Source: Solirubrobacteraceae bacterium | Lineage (GTDB): Bacteria; Actinomycetota; Thermoleophilia; Solirubrobacterales; Solirubrobacteraceae | Length of the DNA stretch: 64,000 nucleotides | Reading direction: 5' to 3' | Assembly (NCBI GenBank): GCA_036389155.1 | Contig: DASVQN010000043.1 | Coordinates: forward strand, 49,209 to 113,208 | In this document: positions 61,337 to 64,000 of the stretch, one piece after another | How the letters are laid out: every line of letters begins with the position of its first letter | Position numbering within the stretch: the first letter of the stretch is position 1 | Program-made: the position numbers and the translations under genes | The notes under the pieces: generated by a model | The model's database searches: none | What the model saw: the letters and a program-made list of their open reading frames with translations, nothing else | Told to the model about the DNA's origin: nothing

Positions 61337-62308
61337 ATGACCACCGCCTTCGTCCTCTCCGGCGGCGCCAGCCTCGGCGCGATCCAGGTCGGGATGCTCC
61401 GCGTGCTCGCCGAGCGCGATATCCGCCCCGACGTGATCGTGGGCACCTCCGTCGGCGCGGTCAACGGCGCGTTCCTCGCGTGCCGCGACTTCGGCCCGGA
61501 GGCGGTCGACGAGCTCGCCGAGCTGTGGCTCGGCATCCGGCGCGGGCAGGTGTTCCCCGTCGAGCCGTTCACCGGCCTGCTCGGCTTCCTCGGCGCGCGC
61601 AGGAACCTCGTCCCCGGCGGCGCGCTGCGCCGCCTGCTCACGCGCAACACCGACTGCGAGCGTTTCGAGGACCTGGCCACGCCGCTGCACGTCATCGCCT
61701 GCGACGTGCGGAGCGGGCAGGAGGTGCGGATATCCGAGGGCCCGCTCGTCGACGCGGTCATGGCGAGCGCCGCGATCCCCGGCGTGCTGCCGCCCGTCGA
61801 GCGGGACGGGCGGCTGCTCGTCGACGGCGGCGTCCTGAACAACACGCCGATCACGCACGCGGTCGACCTCGGCGCCGACGAGATCTACGTCCTGCCGTCC
61901 GGCGGCCCGTGCGACCTGCCCTCGGCCCCGCGCGGGGCCCTCGGGATGGTCGTCCAGGCGACGAGCCTCATGGTCTCCCACCGGTTCGCCGCCGAGTCGA
62001 TCGAGTACGCGGGCCGCGCGGGGCTGACGATCCTCCCGCCGCCGTGCCCGATCGACGTGCAGCCGATGGACTTCGGCCACGCCGAGGAGCTCATGGCGCG
62101 GGCGGAGACGAGCGCCCGCGGCTTCTTCGCCTCCACGCAGCCGGACGATTCACGTAGCGTTGGCGGCCGGCATGAAGCGCCTCGGGTTGATCCTCCTCTC
62201 CGCCGTCCTCACGATCGCACCGCAGGCCGCGGCCGCGCCGCTCCCGGTGTCGGGGACGCTCGACCTCGTCGACGTCCCGCCGTCGCTGAGCGTCCGCTAC
62301 AGCGCTGA
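61337..62308 (+). CDS. patatin-like phospholipase
   Basis: Oxyanion motif LSGGASLGA, nucleophile GTSVG and catalytic Asp VDGGVLNNTP. The last about 45 codons are low-complexity and overlap the next gene. Confidence 0.8.
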   Translation: MTTAFVLSGGASLGAIQVGMLRVLAERDIRPDVIVGTSVGAVNGAFLACRDFGPEAVDELAELWLGIRRGQVFPVEPFTGLLGFLGARRNLVPGGALRRLLTRNTDCERFEDLATPLHVIACDVRSGQEVRISEGPLVDAVMASAAIPGVLPPVERDGRLLVDGGVLNNTPITHAVDLGADEIYVLPSGGPCDLPSAPRGALGMVVQATSLMVSHRFAAESIEYAGRAGLTILPPPCPIDVQPMDFGHAEELMARAETSARGFFASTQPDDSRSVGGRHEAPRVDPPLRRPHDRTAGRGRAAPGVGDARPRRRPAVAERPLQR

Positions 62309-64000
62309 GGAGGAGGACGGTCTCGCCGGCGGCGCGGTCGCCGGCATCGGCGACTTCGACGGCGACGGCCGGCGCGACGTGGCGGTCGGCGAGCCGAAGC
62401 GCGACAGCGGCGACCGCGACGACGCCGGCGCGGTCTACGTCGTCTTCGATCCCGCGAAGACGACCGACCTCTCCAAGCCCGGCGACGTCGTCACGATCCG
62501 CGGCGCGCAGGGCGGCGACTTCGCCGGCTTCGACGTGGCCGCGGCCGGCGACGTCAACGGCGACGGCCGGGCCGACCTGCTCGTCGGCGCCCCGCTCGCC
62601 GGGCCGCGGCCGCAGGGCGCGAGCGTCGGCGGCGGCGAGGCGTACGTGGTCTTCGGGCGCCCCGGCCGCGCGGAGATCGACCTCGCCGCGCCCGACTTCG
62701 GCGGCATCCGCATCGTCGGCGCCGAGTCGTACTCGTGGTTCGGCCGCGCGGTCAGCACGGTGCCGGACTCCAACGGCGACGGGCGCGGCGAGCTCGTCAT
62801 CGGCGCGCCGCTGCGCGACGCCCCGGACCGGCCGGACGCCGGCAGCGCGTACGTGATCTTCGGGCCCGCCGACGCGCAGACCATCGACGTCGCGCGCCTC
62901 CCCGACGACCAGAGCGGCTTCCGCATCGACGGCCCGGCGCCGAACGCGTTCGCCGGCCGCGCCGTCAGCTCGATGGGCGACATCGACCAGGACGGCCTGC
63001 CGGAGGTCCTGGTCACCGCCCCCCAGGCGCCCACCGGACCGTCCGGCTCCAACGGCGCCGCGTACGTCGTCAGGTCCCAGGCGACCCCGGGCGTGATCGA
63101 CCTCGCGCAGCTCGAGGGCCGGGGCTTCGTCCTCAGCCGGACCACCACGCTGCCCGGCGACGGCGAGCGCAACCCCGGCGACTGGCTCGGCGAGTCGATC
63201 AGCGGCCTGGGCGACGTCAACGGCGACGGCGTCCCGGACTTCGTCGTCGGCGCCCACCTCGCCAACGCCCCCAACCGCGCCCGCGCGGGCGTCGCCTACA
63301 TCATCTTCGGCAAGGCCGACAAGACGCCGATCGACGCGCACAACCTCGGCGCCGCGGGGTTCCGCGTGCAGGGCGTCGACCGCCAGGACCAGACCGGGTT
63401 CTCCACGTCGCCCGCGGGCGACTTCAACGCCGACGGCGTCCAGGACCTCGCCATCGGCGCGCCCTTCGCGGACCCGATCGCGCGCGAGTCGGCGGGCGCG
63501 GTCTACGTCGTCTACGGCGGCAGCGGGGACGTTCCGAACGTCGACCTCGCCGAACTGGGCGAGCGCGGCGTGCGGATCATCGGGCGCGACGGCGACGCCA
63601 CCGGCTTCACCCTGGACACCGCCGGCGACGTCGACGGCGACGGCGGGCCCGACCTCGTCATCGGCTCGCCGGCGACCGACGACGACTACCTGGAGAGCTT
63701 CACGAGCGAGCGCGCCGGCAGCGCGTCGCTCGTGTTCGGCGTCGGCCGCGGCCAGGGCAACCCGCTCGACGACCTCAAGAGCGACCCCGGCTACGGCGAG
63801 TCGATCGCCGCCGGGTGCACGCCCGCGCTGAACGTGCAGGCGGTGCTCGAGGACAACGCCTACACCGACGAGGATGCCGACCCCGAGCGCATCCGCAAGA
63901 CGGGCATGCAGGCGTTCGTCGCCACCCCGCGCAACTTCGGGACCGTCCTCGGCATCACGGCATTCGACCGCACGGAGGAGAGCGAGTCGTCGACGATCTT
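62172..64000 (+). CDS. secreted FG-GAP (integrin-alpha-like beta-propeller) repeat protein, 3' partial; a possible VWA-like domain begins near the window end
   Basis: This gene is not in the ORF track because it is open at the window edge; I translated it myself. Signal peptide MKRLGLILLSAVLTIAPQAAAAP. There are at least 7 repeats of the type GDFDGDGRRDVAVGEP...AGAVYVVFG. No stop occurs up to 64000. Confidence 0.75.
   Translation, partial: MKRLGLILLSAVLTIAPQAAAAPLPVSGTLDLVDVPPSLSVRYSAEEEDGLAGGAVAGIGDFDGDGRRDVAVGEPKRDSGDRDDAGAVYVVFDPAKTTDLSKPGDVVTIRGAQGGDFAGFDVAAAGDVNGDGRADLLVGAPLAGPRPQGASVGGGEAYVVFGRPGRAEIDLAAPDFGGIRIVGAESYSWFGRAVSTVPDSNGDGRGELVIGAPLRDAPDRPDAGSAYVIFGPADAQTIDVARLPDDQSGFRIDGPAPNAFAGRAVSSMGDIDQDGLPEVLVTAPQAPTGPSGSNGAAYVVRSQATPGVIDLAQLEGRGFVLSRTTTLPGDGERNPGDWLGESISGLGDVNGDGVPDFVVGAHLANAPNRARAGVAYIIFGKADKTPIDAHNLGAAGFRVQGVDRQDQTGFSTSPAGDFNADGVQDLAIGAPFADPIARESAGAVYVVYGGSGDVPNVDLAELGERGVRIIGRDGDATGFTLDTAGDVDGDGGPDLVIGSPATDDDYLESFTSERAGSASLVFGVGRGQGNPLDDLKSDPGYGESIAAGCTPALNVQAVLEDNAYTDEDADPERIRKTGMQAFVATPRNFGTVLGITAFDRTEESESSTI

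Noticed and set aside
61337-62308. The patatin-like phospholipase as a defence effector (CBASS or similar).
   Set aside because: No cyclase, nucleotidyltransferase, sensor or other defence-associated genes are adjacent. The neighbours are a USP-like protein and a secreted FG-GAP protein.

Overview
Very G+C-rich bacterial chromosomal segment. G+C was not computed, but third codon positions are almost always G/C. The gene content looks Actinomycetota-like; any finer taxonomy would be inference only. I can support about 65 protein-coding genes, one tRNA-Ser(GGA), three pseudogene fragments, several strong hairpin terminators and a few AT-rich palindromic operator candidates. I saw no rRNA, CRISPR array, transposase or integrase. 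Most ORFs in the six-frame track, including all those over 1000 aa, are Arg/Ala/Pro/Gly-rich antisense or out-of-frame shadows typical of high-GC DNA and were discarded. Real content, left to right: an arrestin-like protein and a Lys/Ala-rich protein; a secreted alpha/beta hydrolase divergent from a TetR plus two acyl-CoA dehydrogenases; a decayed contractile-tail (sheath, tube, AAA+ ATPase) remnant; LtrA; a thioredoxin-fold protein; an FMN reductase coupled to an S15-type peptidase; a Cys-less Rrf2 regulator; the cysP-T-W-A sulfate ABC operon; a beta-propeller protein; a Baeyer-Villiger monooxygenase with a lipoprotein; cupin and AraC; a small ORF with a Crp-like regulator; two MDR dehydrogenases; tRNA-Ser; an M29 aminopeptidase; a STAS antagonist, a SigB-type sigma factor and a DUF892 stress protein with a Ser/Arg tail; an SDR; a GCS2 ligase; a cell-wall-type SGNH and deacetylase pair; a DUF2294 protein; a beta-helix protein; a CalB-like lipase; DedA and a P450; a Crp-like regulator followed by two (RsbW-like kinase + DUF2294) pairs; a disulfide oxidoreductase; a LAL/LuxR regulator; cysteine dioxygenase with an amidohydrolase; an MFS transporter; a phosphoesterase (PLC/AcpA-like); a Gly-rich secreted protein; PadR; a GT2; an S8 peptidase that runs in frame into folE; a patatin; and a partial FG-GAP protein. 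The most interesting observations are five. (1) Alternating RsbW-like kinase and DUF2294 genes look like a possible non-STAS partner-switching module. (2) A 1.3-kb degraded contractile injection system remnant sits between housekeeping genes. (3) Secreted hydrolases repeatedly carry extremely Arg-rich C-terminal domains. (4) The S8 peptidase has no stop codon before folE, and a G5 homopolymer sits exactly at the junction. (5) Several perfect AT-rich palindromes lie at regulator promoters. None of this is verified by database search; all family calls rest on motifs I can read in the translations.
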